Assembly: GCA_964016885.1 (NCBI GenBank)
Contig: OZ024743.1
Coordinates: forward strand, 366,482,001 to 366,546,000
Source: Eledone cirrhosa
Taxonomy: Eukaryota
Direction of reading: 5' to 3'
Length of the DNA stretch: 64,000 nt
A model generated the notes under the pieces. The model was not told the DNA's origin. It searched no databases and saw nothing but the letters and a program-made list of their open reading frames with translations. The position numbers and the translations under genes are program-made. Of the stretch, positions 12,617 through 26,128 are shown piece after piece (within the stretch, counting starts at the first letter, position 1; each line of letters opens with the position of its first letter).

Positions 12617-15607
12617 GTAAGTACTGCTTTCAATTTCATAGGATAAACACCGCCCACTACATCTAAAATCAAAATTGTAATCATTTGCTTATTACCTGGA
12701 AATATTTCTGTACATGTATTTCTCTAGTGCTGGTACCTTGATAAAACACACCCAGTACACTGTAAAGAGGTTGGGGGTTAATAAAGGGATTGAGGTGTAG
12801 AAACTGTGCCAAACGAAGGTTGAGATTATTCTTGAATTGTGTAATGAACATGCCTCATGCCAGTGCCATGATGCACTCAGAACATTTTGAAAAGAGTTGA
12901 AACATATCTGAGACCTGTCTGAGAAGCCAATGGCTCTGATTAAGTACTGACTTTGTCGGTGATAATCTGTTCAGCCCATGGAAAAGATGTTGAATGATGA
13001 TGAACATCATCATGATAACTTGCATCTATTAATTACGAATGACATCATCGTAATCATTATCATTTTATGTTCTTTTTTCCATGCTGGTATAAGTTGGATG
13101 GGTTGTAACGATCCAAGACAAAATGGATTTAAGAGGCATATCTTTCTCATATGTTCCAGTTTTAGCATGGCTTCTACAATTAAATGCCCATCCTAACCTC
13201 AAACACTTTACAAAGTGTACTAGGTGCATAAATATTATTTAAAATGTGTTTGTAGGTTGTGTTTATAAAATATACATGAATAATAAAATAAACTATAATA
13301 TTAATAATAATATAATATCACATTTTTCATCTCTCTGGGATGCCTGATAAAATCACATGCAAATAATAGACTGGCATCCTCTTTCTTCTCATCATCATCA
13401 ACAGCATCTTCTTTATCCTCGCTGACATTGTCATTATTATATTCGTCATCACCATTTTTATAACTACTTCTCCATGTTGGCATGGGTTGGATGAGACTTT
13501 TTAAAATCAGTGTTTTAGAGCTGGATGCCCTTTCTGATGCCAACAACTTGTATTTACCTCACACAACACATGGATATGGTGTGCCTATTCGAAAAACCTG
13601 GGATACACATGGCAGTAGAATGAAAACGGTTAAATGGATATGATATAGCTTAATGTTGTGTAAATCAAATCCAATGTAGATTATTGCTGTAAAACACTTT
13701 ATTCTACAAACTTTATATCCCCAAGCTCATCTAAAACTATTTACTGAGATACACTGGTGTTCTATGCACAGATTTATATAGCTTCTTCTTAAAAAACATT
13801 TTATTATTTCATGCCTAGAAGGTGATGGATTTTCAGAATTGGTAGAGTATTGGATTAAATACCATTGTGGTATTTGTTCTGCCTCTTTACATTCTGAGTT
13901 CAAGTGCCATCAAGGTTAACTTTGCCTTTCACCCTTCCAAAGTTGACATAGTACCAGTCAAGTAGTGGGGCTGATCTAATCAACTTTCCCATCCCTTAAA
14001 TTATAAATAATTATTTTGTGCCTAAATCAAATCTTTCCATTATTTCTCAAATCATCGAAAAGCAAGGGTTTTAGGGATTTGGGATTGTTGTGTGTGAAAA
14101 TAATAAAAAAAATTTAAAAGATTGAAAAATCATGTTATCATAATTCATATGAAATTTTTGACAGGAGTTTAACAGAAATGTTTGTATTCTGAGCAAGTTC
14201 ATGGAAAGTTGATAATAGGTCCAGGCCAGATGTCAAACGTTGACTCCATTTAATGCTGCTCATTAAGTACTTTAGAAATCAGTACACAATACATATGATG
14301 GGTTACTGGTATATAGATGTATATGTAATGTACATGATGTACTTACAAGTAACAGAACAGAATTTAAAAAAAATAGAATTTGAAGCATTTAGGTTACCTC
14401 AGAATTGTAAGCCTATACCTTACTGTATTGGTTCTAGGTCTTGCAGTTCTGAATTCAAATACCTGTGTGACTTATTTGAGTGATATACTTAATCTGTTTA
14501 ACACCACCAGCTGATCTTTGGGTGCATTTAGCAGAGTTCACTTTGTTATAAGCATTCAAGACAGTTTTCTGGTTTGAAGATACTTCTCTTCTGTGGTGTG
14601 CCATGAAAAAATGCTATGGTAGGCAAACCAAATGTTTCATATTTGAAAGACTTACAGTGATACCATTGCTTTTAAAACAAAATCTAACAGATTTTAGAAA
14701 AGTTTCTACCATTATTAATTTATTGTACTATTCCAAAATATTAATGCCTTTATTCGTGTTATCTGATATTGATTCTAGAATCTATGAAACTGAAACAAAG
14801 AAAAGAGAGTTAGATTATCAAAAAATTAAATTTTTTTATAGAGTGAACTATGCTTACCTTGCTTCTTAGGAATATATACAACTACTCCTCCCTCTCTTCC
14901 TCCAGTTTTAGAGACCCTGAAAATAGTCATGGAAACTCCCCTTACATCTTTGACTAAAGTAGTAAAAAACATAGTGTGATGTTTCATGATTTATGTTAAT
15001 AGTATTTCTAGTGTATCTAAATGCCTGGTTATTATTTAACACCTGGTTCATAATCATTGTGCATGTATGTATTTCTGTATATCTGTGCCTATGTAAGTGT
15101 AATTCTATGATTATGTGTTTGGTCTCTCTGTATATCTGTCTTTGCCTGTCTGTGTGTGTATCTTACATGGGAGTGCGTGACCTCTCTAAGACATTAAAGA
15201 AAAATATACATATTTATTCTGAAACCCTTCTGGAATTTTGTCAATGAATCAGCAAATAATTGCCTGTCATCTAGAACTTACCATTTTCCCATTACTATTG
15301 AGCAACAAAAGTCTCTTAATGAACCCAGGTGGAGTTAATTTGTTAAGTAAATTCTTTATATACAGCTGATTAAATATAACTCTATATAAGCACTTTTACA
15401 GTGAGAGATATGAGGTGCAGTATATGACGAGAAGTAAAAAAAAAATAAAACTAATCAGTTCGACATCTACACACATACACACACACATTCAGGTATATAT
15501 TTACTTATATACATAGACGCACATACTTGCACACACACACACTAACACATTGCTGCACTTTCACATACTCTTTTACAGAAACACATATTTTCTCATATAT
15601 ATATATA

Positions 15608-16432
15608 TCATCATCATCATCATCATCATCATCACCGTTTTACGTCCGTTCTTCCACGCTAGCATGGGTTAGACGGGTTGTCCTGTTGTGGGCAGTGTCT
15701 GGTCGGCTGACCATGCCTTGCTCATACAGGAACTGATCTGGCTTGATTTCTACAGCTGGATGCCCTTCCTAACACCAACCTCATTTACAGTGAGTGCTGG
15801 GTGCTTTTTCGTGGCGCCTACACGTCTACTTTACAGTGTGGGCTGGGTGCTTTTTTTGCCGTGGCACCTCCACGACCACCTTGCGGTGGGGGGAGTGGAG
15901 GCATATTGTTTATATGCTTCAGCATGTACCCATGGGAGGTCGGGTACCCTGTATTACTGCGTGACGCCAGAAGTCACGGTCGTGTGTCATTGACTTTGAG
16001 AGGTGTAGTTGGGTAAGGTCGGCTTTTATCACCTCATCCCAAGTCATCTTGGGTCTCCCCACTCCGCGGTTTCCATCAACTTCTAGTGCTCTGCACCTTT
16101 TTATGCAGCTGTCATCCTTCATACGCATCACATGTCCATACCAGCGTAACCGCCTCTCCTGCACGCAGCATTTGATTCCTCTTATGCTCAGTCTCTCTCT
16201 CAATTCCTTTATGCTTTGTCGTTCACGTATATTACTGTTACACATCCATCGGAGCATGCAGGCTTCGTTTCTCTCTAATCTACGTAAGTCTTCCACCTTC
16301 AGCGCCCAGGTCTCACTACCATGCAACATCGCTGTTCGGATACACGCATCATACAGTCTGCCTTTCATTCTGAGGGAGAAGCCTTTTGCAGCTAGCAGTG
16401 GTAGTAGTTCCCTAAACTTCTTCCATCCCGTT
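15608..16432 (-). mobile_element. RTE family A, 5'-truncated
   Basis: near-identical to the 3' end of 41544-44960; (ATC)n tail; (TA)n at both junctions. Confidence 0.95.
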
Positions 16433-16614
16433 ATATATATATATATCAATGAATTCAGTTAGAAACTGGTTAGACCATTACTAAACAGTGTACTCAATAC
16501 TTGGGGTAGTAGAGTATGGTTATATTATAAAGAGTCTGGAACTAGCTGTTGAAACAGCAAGAGCTCAGCCATCGGGGTCCCGAATCTTTATTATATATAT
16601 ATACATTTATATAC

Positions 16615-16781
16615 AACATATTTCCCGGCGTCGAAGATGCTACTTTTTTCCTAAAACAAGTCTCAAAAATATACCATGCGTCCTGGAGGCCAAAGGTTGT
16701 TTATTATTTTTTTTCAAATGGTTGTCAAAATTAGGGTGCATCCTCGTGGACGAAACATCTTTGGTGCCGGGAAATATGGTA
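16615..16781. mobile_element. Tc2/pogo-like MITE
   Basis: inverted termini catatttcccggc / gccgggaaatatg(g)ta. Confidence 0.55.
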
Positions 16782-19045
16782 CATCTTGCCAGGGACATGA
16801 TAACCTCTCCAGTGCTGCAGCTGCCACAATAAAATACACTCAGTACACTCTGTAAAGTGATTGGTAATCAGATAGAGGCAATCTCTCTAGTGTAAAGAAG
16901 GGCTCTTTAGGCATACTGAGGACATGGCAACCTTTCTAGAACCAGTGCCATAATGGAATGTACCAAATATTTTGTGTGAAGTAGTTGGTGTTAGAAAGAA
17001 CATCCAGCCTTAGAATTCATATCAAAATAGAATATATGAATGTGATGTCCTTTCACCCATGTTGGAGGGCAGTAATTCTGAAGTAAAACTGACTTGGACT
17101 ATAGCACTCCATGCCAGCATGGAGTGTGGATGTAAAATGATGATGATGAATTTTTAATGTGATATGAAACCTGTTCAATTTCGTAGGAAAATGAGGCAAC
17201 CAAGTAAAAGAAAAATGAAAAAAGAAATCAACAATAATTTTGTAGATTCATCTGTTTTTTCTGCTAACATTGTCAGACAAATGAGGAGAGAAAGGGAATT
17301 TTTTATGTTGAAGACTAAAATCATTTGGAATGATTTAAATGTTTTTTTGATGAAAAGAATGAGAAAGAATACTCTAGAATAATATCATGGTTGATGACCC
17401 TGGTCTGCGAATTTCATCATTTACAATTTGATGAGCATTTTCTGCCAAGGATCATCATCACCATCATTCTCATCATTACAATCATCACCACCATCATTCT
17501 CATCATTACCATCATTGTCTTCACCACTATCACTATTACCATCATCATTTTGAGCATCATTGCCATCATTATCATCAATTTTATCATTATCGTTCACGTC
17601 TGCTTTATGCAAACCTTAGCTAAACCTCTAATTTTAGATGTTTGGAAGAAGCAGATTCTCATCTCATGAGATTTTGTAATATAACATTATTAGTAATAAT
17701 AATAGTTTCTAATTTAGGCACAAGGTCAGCAATTTTAGGAGAGGTAAATTGATTATATCAACCTTATTACTTGATTGGTACTTTATTTCATTGACTCTGA
17801 AGGGATGAAAAGTAAAGTTGACTTGGCAGGATATGAACTCAGTGTGAAGAGCCAGAACAAATATTATGAAGCATTTTGTCCAATGTTGTATGGTTTTGCT
17901 TTTCCACAATAATGAAGATGATAATAGTAACAGTGGAGATAGCAGACTTAGTAGACAGATTGACCAAATTCTTTAATTCATCTAGTTTGGCATATTGCCT
18001 CTTGTAAATTCTAATTTCATTGGGGCTGCTTTTTATCTCAAATTAGAAACTATTAGGGTGGTGGATTGGCAGTATCAGTAGAGGGTCTGACGTCTTGCTT
18101 TGCAGCATAGAGTTACATCTCTTGTGCCAAAAGTAGAAACAATTATTATTTTCCATTCATCTTTTGCCATGCTGGTGTAGGATGAACAGATCTTATAACA
18201 CTACAATACTCATGGTGGTCCTTAGTTATGTGGTAGATACAGCAACAGAGAAAAACAGGAGAACTCTTTTGCTGTATATGTCATTATTTTTATATTGTTT
18301 CCATGACTGGATGTCCCTCCAATCAGCATCGACATTGTAACATGGACTAAATGCATGCCATAATGCCATAGGCACTAGACATATTGTCCCCTACATAATT
18401 ACTATTTTTATTTCATGCATAGAATAAAAAAAGTTTTGTTATTAGCAAACCATAGTTGCAATCTAGAGGTGAAGCTATTTCATTTAAACTGCTAATAATC
18501 ATGAAAAAGGTATAAACATCATAAATTGCCATATTACCCGACTCGTAAAGCAAAGCTTTGTGTTTAGTTAGTAGATATGCTGGCTTGATTCCATGGCATT
18601 TTCGGTGTCTTTTTACCTCATGTCAATAGAAACCTTGAAAGGGAAATCCAATAGACAGAAACTATATGAAAGCTTGTCACATGAATGTCTATGTGTAATT
18701 CAGATACAACAGACTCTTACACAGTTTCTATCTACCAAGTTTCACTCACGGGGCATTGCTCAGCCCATGGCTATATTAGAAGAGACCTACCTAAGTTACT
18801 ACACAGTAGGGCTGAATCCCAAACCATACAGTTGTAAAGCAAATATCTAAATTACACATCCATGCCAGAAACTATATACATACTATCAGACTGAATTCAA
18901 ATTAAGAACCTTTAATAACTCATTACAAATCATAAAACTTTTAATTTTAAATGGTAAATTTACTGAAAGACAGAAAAATAATATAATGATTATAAAATTC
19001 TGTTTCATATAATTTATCATGTTTTTTTTATGTATTTTTATCCAG

Positions 19046-19078
19046 AAAGTCTATTCTAGGGTTGCAAGAATATGCAAG
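19046..19078 (+). CDS. Sema5: Semaphorin-5-like 33-nt microexon, phase 0-0
   Basis: tccag|...|gtaagt; KVYSRVARICK, the conserved SRVARxCK Sema motif. Confidence 0.93.
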
Positions 19079-19149
19079 GTAAGTCAATTTAATGTAACAT
19101 TATGGTTTATCTTATTACTGGGGTTTATAGCATGGGATTTATTGTTGGA

Positions 19150-19630
19150 GTTGAAATCATTGAGGTGGTTTATACCATAACTGTAGTTTAAGGTATAACT
19201 GGTTTACATCATAATGGAGGTTTATGTCACAGCTGGTGTTTACAACATAGCTGTGCTTTGCAACATAGCTGTGGTTTGTGTCATAACTGATTTACGTTAT
19301 AACTGTGGTTTATATCACAGCAGTAGTTTATAATAATGCTGTGGCTTACACAATAACTGTGGGTTAAAAAATAAATATGGTTTACACCATAGCTGTGGCT
19401 TACATCATAACTGTGCTTTACATCATAACTGCTACATGACATAGCCGTTGTTATAGTTATGTTTTATATCGTAACTGGTTTCTGTCCTAACTGTGGTAAC
19501 TGTGACTCACATCATAACTGGTTTATATCATAACTATGGATTATGCTATAACTAGATTTATGTCATTGTTGTGGTTTAAGGTATAACTGAAATTTACAGC
19601 ACATCTCTTATGTCATAACTATGGTTAATA
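19150..19630. repeat. Degenerate about 20-bp minisatellite
   Basis: recurring (c)tgtggttta(t/c)atcataac units. Confidence 0.7.
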
Positions 19631-19918
19631 TCATCAAGGTAAATGACACTTGTATAAGATGGTCTGTAGTGGGATCAAATCCTGGAATTCATAATTGCAA
19701 AGCAAACCTCTTGACCACTCAATCATGCTATATATTTTCAATTTACAAGGAAAATCTTTATTTTAGGTTATTTTCTAATACAATCCAATAACCCACAGGA
19801 ACCCACAACTTTATGATCATTAATCCAACACCTTAAACCAGGTTATATGCTTTCACTAAGCCTAATGCAGGGAGTTTCAAAAGTGTATACTTTATGATGG
19901 ATAATTTTTGGCATGAGA

Positions 19919-20070
19919 TTCTTCTTCTTCTTCTTCTTCTTCTTCTTCTTCTTCTTCTTCTTCTTCTTCTTTTTCTTTTTCTTTTTCTTTTTCTTTTTTT
20001 CTTTTTTTCTTTTTTTCTTTTTCTTTTTTTCTTTTTCTTCTTTTTCTTTTTCTTTTTCTTCTTCTTCTTC
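19919..20070. repeat. (CTT)n / T-rich polypyrimidine tract
   Basis: read directly from the sequence. Confidence 0.9.
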
Positions 20071-20138
20071 TAAAAAGTCGCAAAATAAATAAAATATATT
20101 GTTTTAACCCTTTCTTTCCCTCCTCTTATCTTTTGCAG

Positions 20139-20308
20139 ACTGACCGAGGCGGAGATAGTCTTGTTCTTGAAAACAACTGGACAACTTTTCTTAAATCCCG
20201 GATTAATTGTTCTCTTCCTGGGGAGTTCCCATTTTATTTTAATGAAATACAACACACCTTCTATTCCAAAGAAGAAAATTTAATATATGCTGTGTTCGGC
20301 ACCGGAGA
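20139..20308 (+). CDS. Sema5: Semaphorin-5-like coding exon, phase 0-2
   Basis: tgcag|...GA|gtaagt; TDRGGDSLVLENNWTTFLKSRINCSLPGEFPFYFNEIQHTFYSKEENLIYAVFGTG. Confidence 0.96.
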
Positions 20309-20576
20309 GTAAGTTAATATTAATACTCATTTGTTTTTGTTGTTTTCCTTTTTCTTTTCCTCCTCCCTCTTCTTTACCTCTTCTTCTCAGCATCATCATG
20401 AGTATTATTATTTAAAAATAAATAAATAACAATAAAAAAAATCATTATTTTTTTCTTCTTCTCCCCTTCCCTCTCTTTGGTAAGGGACTTAGACTAAATG
20501 ATTAAAAAATATAAAAGAACAGTAGAAAAAATATTTTAAATAGATGAGATTAATAGTTTGAGATAGTCATCTAATC

Positions 20577-20867
20577 CAGTGGTCTCCAACCTTTTTTATA
20601 CTGTAGACCGGCTTCATGCTGGACAATTGTTGCACACACCGTAGTTGCACATATGTGTTATTTAAGTGCATTTCGATAAAGAGAGCAATAATAAAAAGAG
20701 TAATTTATTAAAGGGAAGAAAAAGTGTATAATCTTTTGACTCTCATGTAAATCTTTTAAAATTAAAGTCCAATATTCAATTTATCTATTATATAATTTTA
20801 AACAAGTTGATTATCTCTTTGTGACCTGGTAGCAAATGATCCACGACCTGGTGGTTGAGGACCTCTG
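20577..20867. mobile_element. hAT (Charlie/Buster-type) MITE
   Basis: TIRs cagtggtctccaacc / ggttgaggacctctg; perfect 8-bp TSD atctaatc (20569-20576, 20868-20875) with central TA. Confidence 0.88.
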
Positions 20868-20901
20868 ATCTAATCCTTATATTTTGTTTAATTTATTTCA
20901 G

Positions 20902-21037
20902 CAACAGCATACCTGGTTCAGCTATCTGTGTATATGATATACATGCATTCCATCGGTCATTCTCTGGAGCATTTAAATACCAGATGGATGCTAACACAGC
21001 ATGGATGAAAAAGGAAAATCCCAAAGCAGATTCACAG
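20902..21037 (+). CDS. Sema5: Semaphorin-5-like coding exon, phase 2-0
   Basis: ttcag|...CAG|gtatga; NSIPGSAICVYDIHAFHRSFSGAFKYQMDANTAWMKKENPKADSQ. Confidence 0.95.
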
Positions 21038-21495
21038 GTATGAAAGTGAGAATTGCTAGACTATTGACTAAAATACCTTGTGGTATGTGTTCCACCTCAT
21101 GTGGGTTCAATAGCCACTGGTGTCACCTTTACCTTTCATTCTACCAGGGTTGATGAATACACTGTACCAGTTGTGTACTGGGGTCGATTTAATGGCATTT
21201 TATGGTCTTTATGTCTGTATTAAAACAAATTTTAGAAAATGGACACTAATTTAGCATGGGACTGTTTTATGCTAAATGCTAGCAGTTGTGAAATATATTG
21301 ATTATCATTTGGATATTAACTCTTTCGCTATGATATTTCTATTGAAAAACACTGCCATAATTTTCAAATAATTTTGAAAATACCATATTTGACAGCTTAT
21401 ACTACTGGCACCAGTGAAGAATTGTACCTGTACTTGTTGGTATGAAATTGTCAGCTGTCTAGTGGTGTACAGATGCATATATATATATATATATA

Positions 21496-21728
21496 TTACT
21501 CAGCTGTAGAAATGAGATGATAGGGACTGGGGTCCATATCATTCCACTGCAAAGTGGTCGTGCAGGTGACACGGCAAAAAAGCACCCAGCACTCACTGTA
21601 AATGAGGTTGGTGTTAGGAAGGGCATCCAGCTGTAGAAATCAAGCCAAAAATCAGTTCCCGTCCCACCCTTGCAAGCAGGGAAAAAGCGGACGTGAAATT
21701 AAATGATGATGATGATGATGATGATGAT
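21496..21728 (+). mobile_element. 5'-truncated SINE family 2 copy
   Basis: matches the 3' part of 21804-22143; flanked by (TA)n. Confidence 0.85.
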
Positions 21729-21803
21729 ATATATATATATATATTCACTACTAATAAATCAATTTGGATATATAAAGTATTGTTTTTTATTTACATGTGG
21801 ATT

Positions 21804-22143
21804 CACATGGCTTAGTGGTTAGAGCATTGGCCTTGCAATCGAAAGGTTGTGAGTTCAATTCCCAGACAGGGTGATGTGTTGTTTCCTTGAGCAAGACACT
21901 TTATTTCACATTGCTCCAGTTTACTCAGCTGTAGAAATGAGATGATAGGGACTGGGGTCCATATCATTCCACTGCAAAGTGGTCGTGGAGGTGCCACGGC
22001 AAAAAAGCACCCAGCACTCACTGTAGATGAGGTTGGTGTTAGGAAGGGCATCCAGCTGTAGAAATCAAGCCAGAATCAGTTCCCGTCCCACCCTTGCAAG
22101 CAGGGAAAAAAGCGGACGTAAAATGAAATGATGATGATGATGA
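21804..22143 (+). mobile_element. tRNA-derived CORE-like SINE family 2 with RTE-derived tail
   Basis: A box tggcttagtgg, B box gagttcaattcc, CORE-like ccttgagcaagacactt...cagctgtagaaatgag, RTE tail and (GAT)n. Confidence 0.88.
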
Positions 22144-22302
22144 TTTACAATTATATTATTAAACAATAACATTATCATCATCATCATCGTTTAACGTCCA
22201 TCTTCCACGCTAGCATGGGTTTGCAAGCCATAACTACATCATTATGATGTAGTTAAGTCTTGCACCTACATAAGTTTAACTGGTTTCCTATGGCTTAGTA
22301 TT

Positions 22303-22682
22303 GTGGATTGGCAGTATCGGTAGAGGGTCGGACGCCATGCTTTCCAGCATAGTTACGTCCCTTTATGATCTGAGTTCAAATCCCGCTGAGGTTAACTTTG
22401 CCTTTCATCCTTACGGGGTCGATAAAATAAAGTACCAGTAATGTACTGGGTAATTGCTGGCCTTGTGACAAACGTAGAAACAATTATATTTGTAGTGGAT
22501 TGGCAGTATCAGTAGAAGGTCGGACAACATGCTTTGCAGCAAATAGTTACGGCCCTTTATGGTTTGAGTTCAAATCCCGCCGAGGTTAACTTTGCCTTTC
22601 ATCCTTACGGGGTCGATAAAATAAAGTACCAGTAATGCACTGGGTAATTGCTGGCCTTGTGCCTAAAGTAGAAACAATTATG
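22303..22682 (+). mobile_element. Two tandem SINE family 1 copies (22303-22487 and 22494-22682)
   Basis: each matches 9396-9588. Confidence 0.88.
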
Positions 22683-22724
22683 TTATAAAAAATGTTTGTA
22701 CATATATATATATATATATATATA

Positions 22725-23155
22725 TTAGAATTGGAGCTCTGAAATAGCAATATATATATGGATGTATATATAATGTATTTTGCAATACACTTTATGCTTA
22801 ATTAAAAGCATTTTGAAGACCGTATGCTATTGTTTTAGAGTAGTGACAAATTCACTTACTTTCTAATTTTTAATTTCTGCCTGACCAACAATCGCTCTGT
22901 ATAATCAGCTCCTGATTATTTACTAAAATTCTATAAGAATATAACATCAGTAATCTCAGTAGACAGGAGGGTAGTTAGCCTTGATAAGCTTCAACAAAAG
23001 CGAAACAAGGCCCTTGTCAGCTTATCTCCCCTGTTTGCTGAGATTAAAGTAAGTGAATTTGTCACTACTCTAAAACAATAGCATACGGTCTTCAAAATGC
23101 TTTTAATTAAGCATAAAGTGTATTGCAAAATACATTATATATACATTCATATATA
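22725..23155 (+). mobile_element. PLE-type palindromic remnant with about 110-bp inverted arms and a degenerate hammerhead
   Basis: arms about 22751-22862 and 23046-23155; TTGATAA-gctt/aagc-GAAA-caaggcccttg-TC inside the hairpin 22952-23045. Confidence 0.7.
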
Positions 23156-23188
23156 TATATATATATATAAGTTGCATTTTTGTTTCAG

Positions 23189-23331
23189 TGTCCCAGTCCA
23201 GGAAGCAGCAGTAAGCGTTCCTACAGTAACCATATCTCACAAGTACTCTTAGATGCACAGAAATATCAAATGATGAATGATGCAGTTCAACCAGTAACTA
23301 ACCGTCCTCCTTTTGTGGGTGTGGGTGAGAG
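23189..23331 (+). CDS. Sema5: Semaphorin-5-like coding exon, phase 0-2
   Basis: ttcag|...AG|gtaagc; CPSPGSSSKRSYSNHISQVLLDAQKYQMMNDAVQPVTNRPPFVGVGE. Confidence 0.93.
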
Positions 23332-23375
23332 GTAAGCTAAATATTACCTATATATATATATATGTGTGTGTGTGT

Positions 23376-23414
<39 letters not shown>

Positions 23415-23415
<1 letters not shown>

Positions 23416-23988
23416 GGTAACATGTATCCCAGTACAACCTGTCCAATGGTCGGGTCGTTGGCGACTAAACTGGCAACCCCACCAAGGTTTCTTGGTGAGG
23501 AGGGTGACTTTGGACATCCTGCAGGACTAAAAACAAAACCTGTCAAAGGGCAAAGGAGCTCTTAAATCCAAAATCACCGGGAGAGATGACCCCTTAACCT
23601 TTGTCAAGGTAGAATTCTAGTAGAAGGAAAACTCTGATATAACACCTGCAACCCTGATGGTATCCAATGATGTTAACTTGTTCTTCTTTTTGGTAAATAT
23701 CATCTTGGTTAAGAGAGTGGGACTGGCTTTGTGCAGTGCCTTTGCTCACTATAAAAGCTTCACGGCACAGGCATTGCTCTATATCTGAAGATCTCTCTGC
23801 ACTTGTCGTCACATGGTACCATGGGCCCAGCACTATGTGTCAATAATTGTCACAAGTGTAGTGTTTGTACCAAAGTTTTCAAGACGCTGGCTGGACTAAA
23901 AAGTCACACTCGTTCAGCGCATCGGTAGGGGTTCTCCTACATGGATATAAAGTAGTGGCCGTACTCGAAAACGAGTTGGCAGCCACCA
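23415..23988 (+). mobile_element. Putative bipartite non-autonomous RTE element, copy 1
   Basis: RTE 5'UTR-like front; 3' part reads [26 protein letters not shown] (C-terminal C2H2 finger); second copy at 35794. Confidence 0.65.
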
Positions 23989-24158
23989 TGTATATATATG
24001 TATGTATATATATGTATATATATGTATATGTATATGTATGTATATATATGTATATGTATATGTATATATATGTATATATATGTATATATATGTATATCTG
24101 TATATATATATGTATATGTATATATATGTATATATATATGTATATATATATATATGTA

Positions 24159-24202
<44 letters not shown>

Positions 24203-24203
24203 T
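23989..24203. repeat. G-interrupted (TA)n array
   Basis: read directly from the sequence. Confidence 0.95.
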
Positions 24204-24465
24204 AAAAAACATGAGAAGAAAGAAGAATACTGCGTTGTTGCACATGGGTTACATATGATAAAAATAATCTTTCGTTAGTGATTTGCCAACCATCATTGAT
24301 ATTTCATCGCATTAAAAATCATATACCTTAGGTTGGTGCGAGCAATAACTAAAAAAAGCTATTGGGACAAGTAAATCGCGTAAAGCGAGTGAGACAAGTA
24401 AACAATGTATATATGTATATATATATGTATATATGTATATATATATATACATATATATATATACA

Positions 24466-24725
24466 TATGTAGGTGTCACAACATAAAACACACACGGTCC
24501 ACGCTGTAATGTGGCCGTGTAGGTAACACGGTAAAAAGTTCCCAGTTCCACACTGTAAATGTGGTTGGTGTTAGGAAGGGCATCCAGCCGTATAAAACCT
24601 GCCAGATAGTCCTATATGAGCGAGACATGGTCACCCGACCAACCTTGCATCAAACGGGACAACTTCCGTCTAACCCATGCTAGCATCGAAAATGGACGTT
24701 AAACGAAGATGATGATGATGATGAT
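24466..24725 (+). mobile_element. RTE family-B-like 3' UTR fragment
   Basis: matches the 52870-53130 layout; (GAT)n tail running into (TA)n. Confidence 0.8.
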
Positions 24726-25044
24726 ATGTATATGTATATATGTATATATATATACATGTATATATATATGTATATATATATATGTATATGTATATATGTA
24801 TATATATATATATGTATATATATATATGTATATATATATATATACATATATATATACATATGTGTGCATATATATATTTACAACAACCAATGTATCATCA
24901 CCAATTTCTCTTCCGCAATCTCAGTAGAAGGTTAAAGGCACAAGACATTAGATTCTGCACGCTTCACACCAATTAAATTCATCAAACTCTTCTAGAGATT
25001 CTACTAATAGTTGCCGTTACAGACCATAGAGTTTTGCTTTAACT

Positions 25045-25082
<38 letters not shown>

Positions 25083-26128
25083 CACGCACACATGTATGTA
25101 TTCTGTGCCATACATTGAAAAGCTATCACTGTCTATGATGTGTGGGTCATAGGTTTGCCATATTGGTGTATGTCTTCATTATCTTGGGAAACCATGACCT
25201 GGAGGTAATATATCTTTAAAGGGAAAGAAGAAGGGTCTATAAATGATAGTCATACTCAATAACACGTCAACACCCATCATATATGAGTGTGTAAGGTGGT
25301 CGGTGTTAAGAAGAGCATCCAGCCATAGGAAACATGCCAAGTATGGAATGTAATGAGCAAGATTGGTTGTTCGGAATTGTTTGGTCTTGGACCATGGCAA
25401 CCCATCCAATCTATGCCAGCATGGAAAGAAGATGTAAAAGGATGATGATATAATATGATAGGTGTCCTCACAGTTTCCATCTACCAAATTCTATTCTCAC
25501 TATTGTAGAAGACATCTGTGTAATGGAATTAAACCTGCAACCATGTAATTGCAATGCATGCAAAGTTCTGCATACTGCCTTCATGCCAATACCCATTTTA
25601 TTAAGATATGTGCAAATTCAATTCTGGCATAATTTGAAATCACTATGTTAACCGTCATTTTATCATTCATACCATCATCAATTGACATCTACTTTCCATG
25701 TTTGTATGAGTTGCATTGGCCATCATGGTCTATTTCATCTCCTATTTGGGATGTTGTTATGACCTTAATAAGACTAAAGAGTCCTTCCTAACTTTGTTGT
25801 GTTCATTCATTTACCATCCACCTTACAGAATGTGCTGGGTGCATTTTATTATGGCACCAGCACAAGAGTGGTTATTATGTTGTCTACTAGATTAAAAAAA
25901 AACACCTCTACTCCATGCTGTCTCTGTTCATGTGCCAACCACCTTACAATGTGTACTAAGTGCATTTTATCATAGTACCAACACTGAACACTATAGAAAT
26001 AAACCAAAAATATATATAGTGTTCATTATCTTAGTAAGTAAATAGATTATTTCCTACATATAAAAATACTCTAAGTAAATAATAAAATGAACGTTTTGAA
26101 TTTTACTCTCTTACTTTACCGTTTTTAG

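Noticed and set aside
19892-20083. Poly-K/R/E ORF
   Set aside because: It is the reverse translation of a (CTT)n/T-rich tract.
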